64,000 bases of DNA from Octopus sinensis (taxonomy: Eukaryota). The notes beneath the pieces were generated by a model. It was given only the letters and a program-made list of their open reading frames with translations. It made no database searches and had not been told where the DNA came from. The position numbers and the translations under genes are program-made. Below, piece by piece: positions 40,160-52,676 of the stretch (position 1 is the stretch's first letter; the number at the start of each line of letters is the position of its first letter). Location: assembly GCF_006345805.1 (NCBI RefSeq), contig NC_042999.1:94550001-94614000 (forward strand), read 5' to 3'.

Positions 40160-42269
40160 GTAAGTTAAACAGAGCAAAGTTATAATTAATGGCTTCCAAC
40201 TCCCTACCTCCTGGCTTCGCGCCAAAATTTTGATCAGAGACTATTGTCATAATTAACGATGGAACAGATTAAACTTTTATAGCAGAACTGTAATTAGAAA
40301 CAGGAAATTGCTAATTAAATGCAGGTCTCCGCCAGATACACATCATTAACCTTTGAAGGCTTACGCACAAAACTTATAAACTTGAGCTGGTGATAAGAAC
40401 TGATTTTAAGTAGTGGTAAATGTTTCCGATTGTATGAATGTAAATTATTCAAGTTTACCTGGCAACATGAAAGGACTAATAATATCGTATTGAAAGCATA
40501 TAAGGCTTAGTTCTTTCATGATGATATATTTTGTGAGATGTGGCTATACATTAATCGGTGCTTTGATTATATGCTGGCAGTTTTTCTGTTGGTAGTTTGG
40601 ATGTCTTTTAATATAAATGTATTTATCTAGATAACATACGTTGAACTATTAAACTTAATGCAGAAGTTACACTTATTTTATTATTTCGGATAGGTCATAT
40701 AGTAAAATCGACATGTCATCATTTTGTACTTAAAACGTTTCGTCTACAAATAATAGATGATTCCAGAATTTCAGCGATTTATTACTCGCCTTAATAATGG
40801 TTTCAACTTTTGGCACAAGGCCAGCAATTCCAGGTGAGAGGACGAGTCACTTGGTATGTATTTTATCGAAACCAAAGGATGAAATGCAAAGTGGAATTTG
40901 AACTTACAACGAAACGGAATTTTACCTCAGAATGAAATGATGGACGAAGGGCTGCTAAGCATTTTGACCGACAAGATAACGATTCTTCCAGCCTGTCGCA
41001 TTATTACTTGTGTTCGTTATATATAACCTTCTCTTACTACATCACAGAATGAGTGGAGAGATGGATCGCCGATTGAATTGACTCTGTACATGGTCAGCAT
41101 TTATTTCATTAGATCAGGGTGGATGAAATGCTAGGATGACACTAGAATTGAGTGCTGAAGGTAAATGCTTGACACTAAATAGTGCTAGAATGTTATTTAA
41201 TTCGGTGCTTAATAGACTCTAGATATATAAACCACCAAATCAGGAGTAACCTGTTTAATGTGTAGTTTTCAATCTCTTTCTGTAGCACTTTAGGAATATT
41301 GAAGAAGAGTGTAATGGTTGTGGTGGGAAATGTTTAAATAATACCAAGTATCATAAAGATATGACTATAACACGTATACGTTAAATTGAAAAAGTAGGAA
41401 AGAGAAAGAGATAAAAGGTATTATGAGGGACGGAATTGATAGATAAATACATATTTGGAAATTTACTCAATGAGACAAATGAAAGAAAAAAGATAAGAAG
41501 TCAGGGGCTAGTGAAAGACGGTTGCATAGATGAAAGATTGAAAAATATATAGCCTAAGTAATATAGTGAGATATATAAAAATAACATGGGAATTCTGCAC
41601 AGGATTTAGTTAGGCTATATATGCAAAACAGAGGTATAAAAAGTGGATGAATAACTATGAGAACCAAAATGAAGGAAGGAGAAAGAAATGTGTGCATGGT
41701 ATCAAAGTGTGAAGTAATGCGTTGGAATATGAAGAGAAGTGGGAACAAAACTTTGCGTGAAAACAGTGGAGACACGCGTGTGTGCTCACGCAGACGCGTG
41801 CACTTACATGGTCACACTCACACGCACACACGCATGGACACATACACGCATATGTACAGAGAAGGTGAGAGAGAAAGAGAGAGAGGAAAAGAGAGAGAGA
41901 CAAAATAAGAGAGATGGGATGTAATATGGGAGAGTGAAGAAGTAATTGAAAATTAGAAAGACGCTGAAGTCCTGTCATATGGAAATCGTTCGACTTTCAA
42001 CTGCAAAAAGACGATGACAGTTATCGCAAGAAGTCAATTTTTTATGGGAATTGGAGAGAGGAATTGGTACTCAATGACAACAAGTTACAAACAAGAAAAA
42101 GAAACAAACTTTAAGATAAAAGAAAAAAGAAGAAGGAAGTAGACAAAATGAAATGAAATGCAAGAAAAAAGCTGAAGCAATTTGAACAGATTAAGAATCA
42201 TTGAAAGGAGACAGAATTCAACTGCTTCTTCTAAACAGTCTGCACTACGCTGCTACTACTGCTACTACT

Positions 42270-42281
42270 GCTACTACTTTC

Positions 42282-42316
<35 letters not shown>

Positions 42317-42404
42317 TAATAAAAATAGTAATGATAATAATAATGATAATAATAATGATAATAACAACAACAACAACAATGACGACAACGACGATGATGA
42401 TGAA

Positions 42405-42438
<34 letters not shown>

Positions 42439-42553
42439 TAATAATAATAGTAATAATAATAATAATGATAATAATAATGATAATAACAACAACAACGACA
42501 ACAACGACGACAACGACGATGATGATGAAAATAATAATAATATAATAATAATA

Positions 42554-42585
<32 letters not shown>

Positions 42586-42699
42586 GTAATAATAATAATA
42601 ATGATAATAATAATGATAATAACAACAACAACGACAACAACAACAACGACAACAACGACGACAACGACGATGATGATGAAAATAATAATAATAATAATA

Positions 42700-42736
<37 letters not shown>

Positions 42737-42770
42737 GATGATGATGATGATGATGATGATGATGATATAG
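42270..42770. repeat. Compound (AAT/AAC/GAC/GAT) array organised as ~3 higher-order units of ~140-165 bp
   Basis: The block ..aacgacgatgatgatgaaaataataat..tataataataa(ta)gtaataataataatgataat recurs three times. Confidence 0.9.
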
Positions 42771-42819
42771 AAATCGACATAGTTGATATCGATAACCGAA
42801 AGCTTATAATGCATTGCAT

Positions 42820-43165
42820 GCAACATTCAATAGCAGACATAAATCGAGTGTATCTTCGAAGAAAAGTAGAGAGTCAGGGATTAATACAATTTTGAAAATT
42901 GCTGTCATAGAACTTTCTGCTTACTTGCTACAAGCAAACATCTGCATGTTGCAGCTGGTTGTGAAACATGAAACTACAAAATAGCTGCATTCAAAGGCCC
43001 AAAAATGCAATAGTATATGCTCGGGAAAGAGAGCTAGCAATACCGTATTAGAGCGAGGGAATCTATATGTATCAGAGTCTGGCACATTCTGATCTCATGC
43101 CGAAAAAACTGGGTTATATAATTGCTGCTCAGGAAGAGTAACGTCCAACCATATAACAGGTCAGT
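42820..43165 (+). pseudogene. Decayed R4/Dong-like LINE fragment
   Basis: HSIADINRVYLRRKVESQGLIQ and LGYIIAAQEE match HPKSDIERLYVQRIEGGRGLIQ and EGFLIAAQDQ of the 34-kb copy. Confidence 0.55.
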
Positions 43166-43185
43166 TCCATCTCTCTATCTCTCTC

Positions 43186-43219
<34 letters not shown>

Positions 43220-43221
<2 letters not shown>

Positions 43222-46200
43222 AAAGTTTGTTTGGTAAAGCACGTGGGTGAATATATAACAAAATAGTAAAGTGTGGAAAAACGACAGAAGGCTTAAATGT
43301 TAAAAAATATATATATTTGTGTCAAAATGTCTGGAGAATATTGGAAAATTTTTTTTTCCTTCCCCTTTTCCTTAAAATGACATAATTTAAAAATTTTTTT
43401 AAGAAATTACCGGTTTCGCGTGTAGCTTTTCAAATTTCTTGTGACGTTATGTTTATATTGCATGGAATTATCGTTGTTTTTATTTCCAGGAGATTTCTAA
43501 ATAAGGGCAGGTAGTGAGTGATTTTTTCCGGTATAGGGGAGATAATCGCTTAAACATTTTTTTTCCTTTTCCTTGTTAATTTCTCTGTGTCAGTATGTTC
43601 GGATGGTTGAGTCTGGGTTTGTACTTTTCAATGAAGAATGTTTCTTTGTTCAGTCTCATTTGTGTTGATGATCCGAAAGCACATTGGTAAAATGGGAAGA
43701 TTAAAAATTGTGGCAGTAGTTGCTTTGCGCATTTCTCAATGTGCTCACTAAAAGGTATCATTCTATATTCTGGGAATGCAATCTGTTGTCGATGCAGTGT
43801 GCATCTGCGCCTGAGTGATAGTCCCGTGGAACCCACGTAGTCTTGGTGGCAGCCCGAGCATTTAATAACATAAATTATGTTTTCAGAGGCACAAGTAAAG
43901 TTAGATTTGATCTTAAATTTCTGTCCCTCTTTAAAGAAGAATTCTGATCCTTCCAATAGGTTAGGACATGTTGCACAGTTCGATCTACCACATTTTTTTA
44001 CTTTTGCATCCGTAATTTTAGAAGACAATTTTGCCTTTGTGAGAATCTTTTTAAGTGATTTAGGCTGTTTGTAGCTTTTAATGATTTGGTGTATGTTTAG
44101 AATTTCCTTTAATTTTGGGTTTTTATGAAGTATTGGTAAATTCTGGGTGATGATGGTGAAGGCTTCTTTGTTTCTGGGGTTGTATGTAGATATGTAAGGT
44201 AGTATTTTCGGGGAAGGTGTGTTGTTGTGTTGAACTTTTCTTAAAGTTTCTATGTTGATTTCTGTTGCACGTCTGATCCCATCCTCTATGAGTTGAGCTG
44301 CGTAATGTCTGTCAATTAGGGTGTTTTTGAGTTCTTGCAGTCTAAAGTTCCTGGTATTTTTTCTGACACTATTGTGCATATCCTTCTTGCAAGGTTGAAG
44401 GGGATGTTTGTTTTAGTGTGTCTTGGGTGGCATGAATTAAAAAGAAGGTATTGTTTGGCGTCTGTGGCTTTGTAAAAAATGTCTGTTTCTATTTTAAGGT
44501 TAATTTTTTTAATTAGTATATCCAAGAACGGGAGCTCCTTTTGGTTGTATTCCATTGTGAACTGTATATTTGGGTTTATGCTGTTCAATAGGTTTTTAAA
44601 TTTTAGGAGTTTATCTATGTTTTCATTCCAGAGAATGAAACAATCGTCTAGGAATCGTTTCCAATTCTCTTTTATGTATTGAGAGAGGGATTTCCAAAGA
44701 TTGATAGAGATTCCTGGTAAATGATTATTTCCATGTATCCCATTGTTAAGTTCGCAATGACTGGTGCTGCCCTTGTACCCATAGCAATTCCGGATTTTTG
44801 ACGGTAAAATGTATTGTCAAACATGAAGTGGTTATTGTGTAGGATGAATTCAATTGATTTAGTAATGAATTCCTTACTGATCCTTTTTGGTATTTCTTCC
44901 GGAATTGGTCTAACCAGAATTGTATTGCCTCCAGTCAATAATTATGAGGTATACTGGTATACAAGTTACTACTACATCAAATGAAACCAGGATTGTTTCT
45001 TCCTTGTTTTTTTTTTTGGAAGGTGGTTTTACATATCTAAGTCATCTCTGATATGGCTATCGATATGTTTAAGGAAGGGTTTCAAGAGGATGTCCATAAG
45101 AAGACTTAGTCTGTGTGTTTCACAGGTTGGGCCAGCTACAATGGGTCGTAGTTTTAGGTCCCCCGGATTAGGTGTGTGTATGTATGTCTTTGGTGATTTT
45201 TTAATGGTTTCATTTATAATTTGACTTTTATGAATTTTTGGCAGACCATAGAAAAGGCTAGGTTTGCATTTAAAGTTTGTTAGGAAATCAATCTCTTTGG
45301 TTGTCAGTTCCTTTTCATGGGTTTTAATTAGTGAAGATAGAGTTTTCATTATTTTTTGGGGGTGTAGTTGGTAATTTTTTCATAATGTAGGTCTTCATCA
45401 AGCAAGGAAATTACAAGATTTCTGTAGTATGATGTATCCATTATTACAACTGCATTTCCCTTGTCCGCTTCCTTAATGGTTATATCTTCATCATTTTGGA
45501 GTTCTATCAGTTCTTTCCATTGTGTAGTGTTAAAATTTGGGTTAGCTTTCTGTTTATGTATAGTATGGTAGGGGAAGTTCTCAATGTGGTTACAGAATTC
45601 GTGAAGATCTTTATTTCTTCCTCTGTGTGGGATGTGTTCACTTTTGTTCTTGACTAGTGATTCATCTTCAGTATTGAAACTGTTTGATGCTTCTGCTAGT
45701 CTTAATTTTCTGCAAAATTCTGTTATATTATCCTTGAGTTCATTTAGGTTTGCTCTGCGTGGAGTTGGTGAAAATTTGAGCCCTTTTGCGAGGATGTCAA
45801 TTTTTATGTTAGAAAGAGGTTTCGTTGAAAGATTGATTATCTTCGGTTTTTCCTTATTACTAGGTTCCAGCCTGTGTCCTGGTGTCCCTGGTCCCTGGCT
45901 AAAAAATGTTGGGTGTAATTTTGTTTGTATGAGTTGTCTGTGAGGTTGTGTGGTATTTGGTCGGGGGAGTGGTGGTATTGTTGCCTCCGATCGTTGTGTG
46001 TGTGTGGGAATCTATGGTTGTTAATGCTTGTGGTGTGTGTAAAACTTCTGTATGGGGAATATTTTTGTTTCGAACTTCTTGTATGTGGGATGTTGCTTGA
46101 CATAGTGTTTCTTTGCGTTTGTCTTGTGTTTAGTGGGGACCAGTAGTTTTGGTTCATGGGGTAGTAGTGATTTGTGTGTGGTGTATTTCTTATCCTAGTG

Positions 46201-46681
46201 TCGTATTGTGCTGTATGGTGGTTGGGTCTGGTATTAGGATGTTGTTGGTTTGTTGTTTTTGGTGTGATTTCTTTCATAGACGCGTCCTCTTTCAGCTAGT
46301 TCCCTGTTAGGTCTAGCGTGGTTTGTAAAGGTTGGTTGTGGGTGATTTCTGTTTTTAGTGTATGGAGGATAGTTGGGGGTTGTATGTGGGTTGTTAGGTT
46401 TTTCTTTTTTTTTATTGTAATTTTCTTAAGGAAGGGATTATTTGTACCCAATTCATTTTTGAAGGTTTCACTATATTTTTGGAAGAAGTCCATGTGTTTC
46501 TCCCAGCGTAGGAGAGAATTTCTCTCTTCTCTCTCACAGGAATCCTTCCAGTGATCCAATGTATTATCGAGAGGTTGTCCCTCGGTATATTTTAGTATTA
46601 GATTGTGCATCTCCTCGTCTATGCTTTTAAGTTTTTCTTCATTTGTGGAGGCCCTGAGTCTTAGAAGCTGACTTTTCTCTA
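43220..46681 (-). mobile_element. Penelope-like element, longer copy (5'-truncated, several frameshifts/stops), left arm plus loop of the foldback
   Basis: IINLSTKPL..ILAKGLKFSPTP, IKEADKGNAVVIMD, FYGLPKIHK, LRPIVAG, GIAMGT and GIY-YIG motifs; 3' end joins (TA)n at 43219. Confidence 0.92.
43401..43440 (-). ncRNA. Minimal type I hammerhead ribozyme, U3:A8 variant (mirror copy)
   Basis: Exact reverse complement of 49049-49088. Confidence 0.85.
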
Positions 46682-47239
46682 ATAAAAATTGACATCCTCG
46701 CAAAAGGGCTCGAATTTACACCAACTCCACGCAGAGCAAACCTAAATGAACTCAAGGATAATATAACAGAATTTTGCAGAAAATTAAGACTAGCAGAAGC
46801 ATCAAACAGTTTCAATACTGAAGATGAATCACTAGTCAAGAACAAAAGTGAACACATCCCACACAGAGGAAGAAATAAAGATCTTCACGAATTCTGTAAC
46901 CACATTGAGAACGTCCCCTACCATACTATACATAAACAGAAAGCTAACCCAAATTTTAACACTACACAATGGAAAGAACTGATAGAACTCCAAAATGATG
47001 AAGATATAACCATTAAGGAAGCGGACAAGGGAAATGCAGTTGTAATAATGGATACATCATACTACAGAAATCTTGTAATTTCCTTGCTTGATGAAGACCT
47101 ACATTATGAAAAAATTACCAACTACACCCCCAAAAAATAATGAAAACTCTATCTTCACTAATTAAAACCCATGAAAAGGAACTGACAACCAAAGAGATTG
47201 ATTTCCTAACAAACTTTAAATGCAAACCTAGCCTTTTCT

Positions 47240-48913
47240 ATGGTCTGCCAAAAATTCATAAAAGTCAAAATTATAAATGAAACCATTAAAAAATCACCAA
47301 AGACATACATACACACACCTAATCCGGGGGACCTAAAACTACGACCCATTGTAGCTGGCCCAACCTGTGAAACACACAGACTAAGTCTACTTATGGACAT
47401 CCTCTTGAAACCCTTCCTTAAACATATCGATAGCCATATCAGAGATGACTTAGATATGTTAAACCACCTTCCAAAAAAAACCAAGGAAGAAACAATCCTG
47501 GTTTCATTTGATGTAGTCAACTTGTATACCAGTATACCTCATAATTATGGACTGGAGGCAATACAATTCTGGTTAGACCAATTTCCGGAAGAAATACCAA
47601 AAAGGATCAGTAAGGAATTCATTACTAAATCAATTGAATTCATCCTACACAATAACCACTTCATGTTTGACAATACATTTTACCGTCAAAAATCCGGAAT
47701 TGCTATGGGTACAAGGGCAGCACCAGTCATTGCGAACTTAACAATGGGATACATGGAAATAATCATTTACCAGGAATCTCTATCAATCTTTGGAAACTCC
47801 CTCTCTCAATACATAAAAGAGAATTGGAAACGATTCCTAGACGATTGTTTCATTCTCTGGAATGAAAACATAGATAAACTCCTAAAATTTAAAAACCTAT
47901 TGAACAGCATAAACCCAAATATACAGTTCACAATGGAATACAACCAAAAGGATCTCCCGTTCTTGGATATACTAATTAAAAAAATTAACCTTAAAATAGA
48001 AACAGACATTTTTTACAAAGCCACAGACGCCAAACAATACCTTCTTTTTAATTCATGCCACCCAAGACACACTAAAACAAACATCCCCTTCAACCTTGCA
48101 AGAAGGATATGCACAATAGTGTCAGAACAAAATACCAGGAACGTTAGACTGCAAGAACTCAAAAACACCCTAATTGACAGACATTACCCAGCTCAACTCA
48201 TAGAGGATGGGATCAGACGTGCAACAGAAATCAACATAGAAACTTTAAGAAAAGTTCAACACAACAACACACCTTCCCCGAAAATACTACCTTACATATC
48301 TACATACAACCCCAGAAACAAAGAAGCCTTCACCATCATCACCCAGAATTTACCAATACTTCATAAAAACCCAAAATTAAAGGAAATTCTAAACATACAC
48401 CAAATCATTAAAAGCTACAAACAGCCTAAATCACTTAAAAAGTTTCTCACAAAGGCAAAATTGTCTTCTAAAATTACGGATGCAAAAGTAAAAAAATGTG
48501 GTAGATCGAACTGTGCAACATGTCCTAACCTATTGGAAGGATCAGAATTCTTCTTTAAAGAGGGACAGAAATTTAAGATCAAATCTAACTTTACTTGTGC
48601 CTCTGAAAACATAATTTATGTTATTAAATGCTCGGGCTGCCACCAAGACTACGTGGGTTCCACGGGACTATCACTCAGGCGCAGATGCACACTGCATCGA
48701 CAACAGATTGCATTCCCAGAATATAGAATGATACCTTTTAGTGAGCACATTGAGAAATGCGCAAAGCAACTACTGCCACAATTTTTAATCTTCCCATTTT
48801 ACCAATGTGCTTTCGGATCATCAACACAAATGAGACTGAACAAGGAAACATTCTTCATTGAAAAGTACAAACCCAGACTCAACCATCCGAACATACTGAC
48901 ACAGAGAAATTAA
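47240..48913 (+). CDS. PLE polyprotein remnant: RT and GIY-YIG endonuclease, open for ~550 codons (true start lies upstream, beyond frameshifts at ~47137 and ~47270; the MVCQKFIKVK start is out-of-frame)
   Basis: LVSFDVVNLYTSIP, QKSGIAMGTRAAPVIANLTM, WKRFLDDCF, DLPFLD, IIYVIKCSGCHQDYVGSTG, R..LH and KETFFIEKYKPRLN. Confidence 0.9.
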   Translation: MVCQKFIKVKIINETIKKSPKTYIHTPNPGDLKLRPIVAGPTCETHRLSLLMDILLKPFLKHIDSHIRDDLDMLNHLPKKTKEETILVSFDVVNLYTSIPHNYGLEAIQFWLDQFPEEIPKRISKEFITKSIEFILHNNHFMFDNTFYRQKSGIAMGTRAAPVIANLTMGYMEIIIYQESLSIFGNSLSQYIKENWKRFLDDCFILWNENIDKLLKFKNLLNSINPNIQFTMEYNQKDLPFLDILIKKINLKIETDIFYKATDAKQYLLFNSCHPRHTKTNIPFNLARRICTIVSEQNTRNVRLQELKNTLIDRHYPAQLIEDGIRRATEINIETLRKVQHNNTPSPKILPYISTYNPRNKEAFTIITQNLPILHKNPKLKEILNIHQIIKSYKQPKSLKKFLTKAKLSSKITDAKVKKCGRSNCATCPNLLEGSEFFFKEGQKFKIKSNFTCASENIIYVIKCSGCHQDYVGSTGLSLRRRCTLHRQQIAFPEYRMIPFSEHIEKCAKQLLPQFLIFPFYQCAFGSSTQMRLNKETFFIEKYKPRLNHPNILTQRN

Positions 48914-49048
48914 CAAGGAAAAGGAAAAAAAATGTTTAAGCGATTATCTCCCCTACACCGGAAAAAATCACTCACTACCTGCCCTTATTTAGAAATCTCC
49001 TGGAAATAAAAACAACGATAATTCCATGCAATATAAACATAACGTCAC

Positions 49049-49088
49049 AAGAAATTTGAAAAGCTACACGCGAAACCGGTAATTTCTT
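49049..49088 (+). ncRNA. Minimal type I hammerhead ribozyme, U3:A8 variant, in the PLE 3' region
   Basis: AAGAAAT-TTGAAAA-GC(TACAC)GC-GAAA-CCGG-TA-ATTTCTT: 7-bp stem I, 2-bp stem II, palindromic stem III ACCGGT, GUA site after 49081; ~135 nt after the ORF stop. Confidence 0.85.
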
Positions 49089-49299
49089 AAAAAAATTTTA
49101 AAATTATGTCATTTTAAGGAAAAGGGGAAGGAAAAAAAAATTTTCCAATATTCTCCAGACATTTTGACACAAATATATATATTTTTTAACATTTAAGCCT
49201 TCTGTCGTTTTTCCACACTTTACTATTTTCTTATATATATATATAGTAACAGATATTCGCTCGCGCGTATACACTTACACAATATATATATATATATGT

Positions 49300-49360
<61 letters not shown>

Positions 49361-49489
49361 ACAAACATCATCTGTGTCAATTGTATAGTTCCTCATTTAT
49401 TTCTTGCTTTAGTTGCAAAATTTGCTGTCCTCTTGATGACTCAGGGTGAGACTTGGGTTTGGCTTGCATAAATTAAATCAAAACAACAA

Positions 49490-49610
<121 letters not shown>

Positions 49611-50625
49611 CCACATGTTATATATGGATTAACTAAAACTATATGCTACAAATGATAAACAGCTCGAAACACTACTACAGACAGTACATGTATTTACCAA
49701 AGAAATATATATGAAATTTGGATTAGAAGAATGCGCCAAAGCAAACCTGAAAAGAGAAAAACTAGGTTAGAGTAGCAACATCACACTAGATAAAGCCAAT
49801 GAAATAAGAGAATTATACCAAAGCCAGACATACAAATATTCAGGAATCAATGAACTAGATAAAATATAAACATACACGGATGAAAGAGAAAATAAAGAAT
49901 ACTATCGACGAGTTAGATCAATAATGAAAACAGAGCAAAATGCTAAAAACAAGATAATATGTATTAACACTTTAGCCGTCCGAGTTATAAGTTACAGCTA
50001 CAGGATCTAGGATGCACCACCCAAAATCTGACATAGAAAGGCTACATATACAACGTATAGAAGGTGGTAGAGGCCTTATGCATCAGGAACACAATTATAA
50101 AATAATCACCATAGGACTGCAAAAATACCTACCTCAGAAGCAAGGAAAACTGATACAAATAGCGGCAAAACACGATCAAAAGAAAAAATTGTTCTCAGTA
50201 TTTAAGGAAGCTGACAAATACAAACAAGAAATCACACCACCTAACAAATGTGAAGAAGAAGAAGAAGAAGAAGAAGAAGAAGAAGAAGAAGAGAAGAAGA
50301 AGAAGAAGAAGAAGAAAAGAAGAAGAAGAAGAAGAAGAAGAAGAAGAAGAAGAAGAAGAAGAAGAAGAAGAAGAAGAAGAAGAAGAAGAAGAAGAAGAAG
50401 AAGAAGAAGAAGAAGAAGAAGATGAAGAAGCTATAATACAAACGAAATCCAAACTAAAAATAGAACTGCAATGGTTCATGATAAAAAGATGGCAAGAAAA
50501 TCCTCTACGTGGCAAATACTGGGCTAAACTAAAAGCAAAATAAATAAACAGTGAAAAGTCCCAGCAATTGTTGAGAAGCTCAGGACTCAAAGCAGAGACT
50601 GAAGGAGTTTTAGTTACAAGAGATA
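49611..50625 (+). mobile_element. R4/Dong-type LINE fragment (same family as 33.4-34.9 kb) with intragenic (GAA)n expansion
   Basis: Starts at (TAA)n with ISHMLYMD*LKLY..KFGLEECAK; then MHHPKSDIERL..GGRGL; GAA tract 50252-50429; WQENPLRGKYW..AETEGVL. Confidence 0.85.
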
Positions 50626-51919
50626 ACATAAAATTGAGAAGAGAAAACTTACGAAATTGTTCTGAATGTTAAAGTAAAATTAGACAAATCAGCCAAAATT
50701 ACATTAAGCAAAGAATATAATTCCAACTGACACATTAAAACAGCTAAAAATACAACGAAATGCAGTAAGTGATCATTGCATGGCAAGCGAACAGAAATCA
50801 TGTAGTTTTAAAACGATATCAGTTACAAAATATCTTGTAGTTATTATTGTCTGTAAATTAATCCAACACTAGATCTACTGATACAGGTATAGTGTTTAAT
50901 GATTCGAATATACCCTACATTCTTACATTGCTAACTTCTACATAAGCATTGTATATATTTATATCAAGTCAATAAAAATCGATACATTCTTTGAACATGA
51001 ATACTACTAAGTACTGGTAACAGAGCTATTTCATCAATATATCTAGCAATGATTCCCATTCTAAGCATACTAAAATTTTTGTCTCCGAATGAATATAACG
51101 TACAATGGAATGGATAAATATTATATTTTGTTTGATCATTCAACACTTCGTCTAACTATTTATATGTATTAGTGAATCATTACTCCAATTACGCACGTAA
51201 CTAAATCTTAGAATATTTCATAGTTATCTTGAGATGATGGTATATTCAATTTTATTATACTATTGAAGTCTTTATTTTCTACTCTTTCTATTTGGTTGAT
51301 AGTTTATGTATTGATTGGCATTTTAAATTATATTTTCTTTTCATTATGTGTAACCCAGGATTAACGTTTATTAGACAGTCACACAAAAGATTTCGTTTTC
51401 ATTTTTACACACGTATTTGTGTATATTTTATATTTTCTTTTATGACATTAGATATGGTCTGTCATTCCCCGTTATCCTGACATTAAAGGTATTTAATCTA
51501 AAACACACGGCAATTTCTTCTTTGAAACCTCCAAATCATTTAAAGACTCATAATTTTGCAAATGTATTATATTCTCAAATAAAAAGAGAAATATAAACAA
51601 TCGTCAAACGTTTTTGAAATTCATTGACATTGAAGATTATTAGTATTAAGACGACTATAAATATCTTTCCATTATCTTATCGAGAGAAATTACACGTTGT
51701 CTCTTTGGTGACAGCTATTAGAAAATATTGTTGAATAGTAAATGAAGTGATGAAGTTTAATTTGGGTGAGGGATATACTTGACCTGGATTTCAGTGGCAA
51801 AGCCTAGGTCTGCTTTGAAAAAGGTCATCAATAATTACAATATATAGTTAGCATGTATAAATTCACCTTTTGTTTCCGGGTGGGAATGCGGGATTTCGAA
51901 GACAAAAACAGTTTTTCTT

Positions 51920-52070
51920 AATATTAGTTTCAAATTTTGTCCAAGACCAGTAATCTCGAAGAGTGGGTAAGTCGATTACACCGACCCTAGTACTCAAGTG
52001 TTTCTTATATTTCAACCTCGATAGGATAAATGCAAATTGCAGTGACATTTGAACTCAGAACGTAAAGTCA
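51920..52070 (-). mobile_element. OR-like SINE, diverged
   Basis: agtcgattacaccgaccctagtactc..atttgaactcagaacgtaaag. Confidence 0.6.
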
Positions 52071-52628
52071 AAAGTTACGTATTATTATTTAAACTAAAAT
52101 TTATTATTCACTTTTTATAATAATTTTATTTATGTGCCACAAAAGAAAACAAAATTACAAACTCCCTAAACAATTTCTTTTGATGTAATTCTTAAAATAT
52201 GCGTAATTTATTTTCACTTTGTTCTCCCACGAAAATTCATGGAAGCAAAAATGCATCACTTGTGCTAATTTGCTTTGCTCAAATTTCTTTCATTTCCCAT
52301 TTTGTTTTGCAACACACTTTTATGCATATACTCTCGAGTTTATGCGAGCATTCATCCACTCGTGATCCACATTTGTATGCGTTTACAAGCTAAAATATCT
52401 GAACATCCAAGAAATCTCATTAAAATTCAAAGAAACCTGGAACACCACAATCCTTCCTCCGATAAAGAAATGAAAAGCAAATTTGAAAAATTATAATCAA
52501 CAACAAAGTGGTAGACCAAACATCGTCATTGTTACACATAACGACCAAGTATTATAAGGCAAGTGTTTGTTGCACAAATTGTATCATGTTGCTTACAATT
52601 CGTTTTACATTGCTTTTTAATCAAGTAG

Positions 52629-52676
52629 GTCGTGAAATGTTACCTATTCGATGCTACACAGAATGTGTAAAAGCAG
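52629..52676 (+). other. Candidate 48-nt symmetric phase 1-1 exon (GREMLPIRCYTECVKA)
   Basis: gctttttaatcaagtag|G...CAG|gtaaat; only the phase-1 frame is open. Confidence 0.28.

Larger units (their letters stand above)
46682..49232 (+). mobile_element. Penelope-like element, shorter copy, right arm of the foldback
   Basis: 46682-49229 is the reverse complement of 43260-45807 (2548 bp, about 99% by eye); ends in ttcttatatatat. Confidence 0.92.

Noticed and set aside
43220-49232. Palindromic PLE as a pure sequencing/assembly foldback artefact
   Set aside because: The 874-bp unique loop, different outer flanks, a 35-nt end asymmetry and arm-specific substitutions argue for a real structure; some homopolymer indels may still be read errors.
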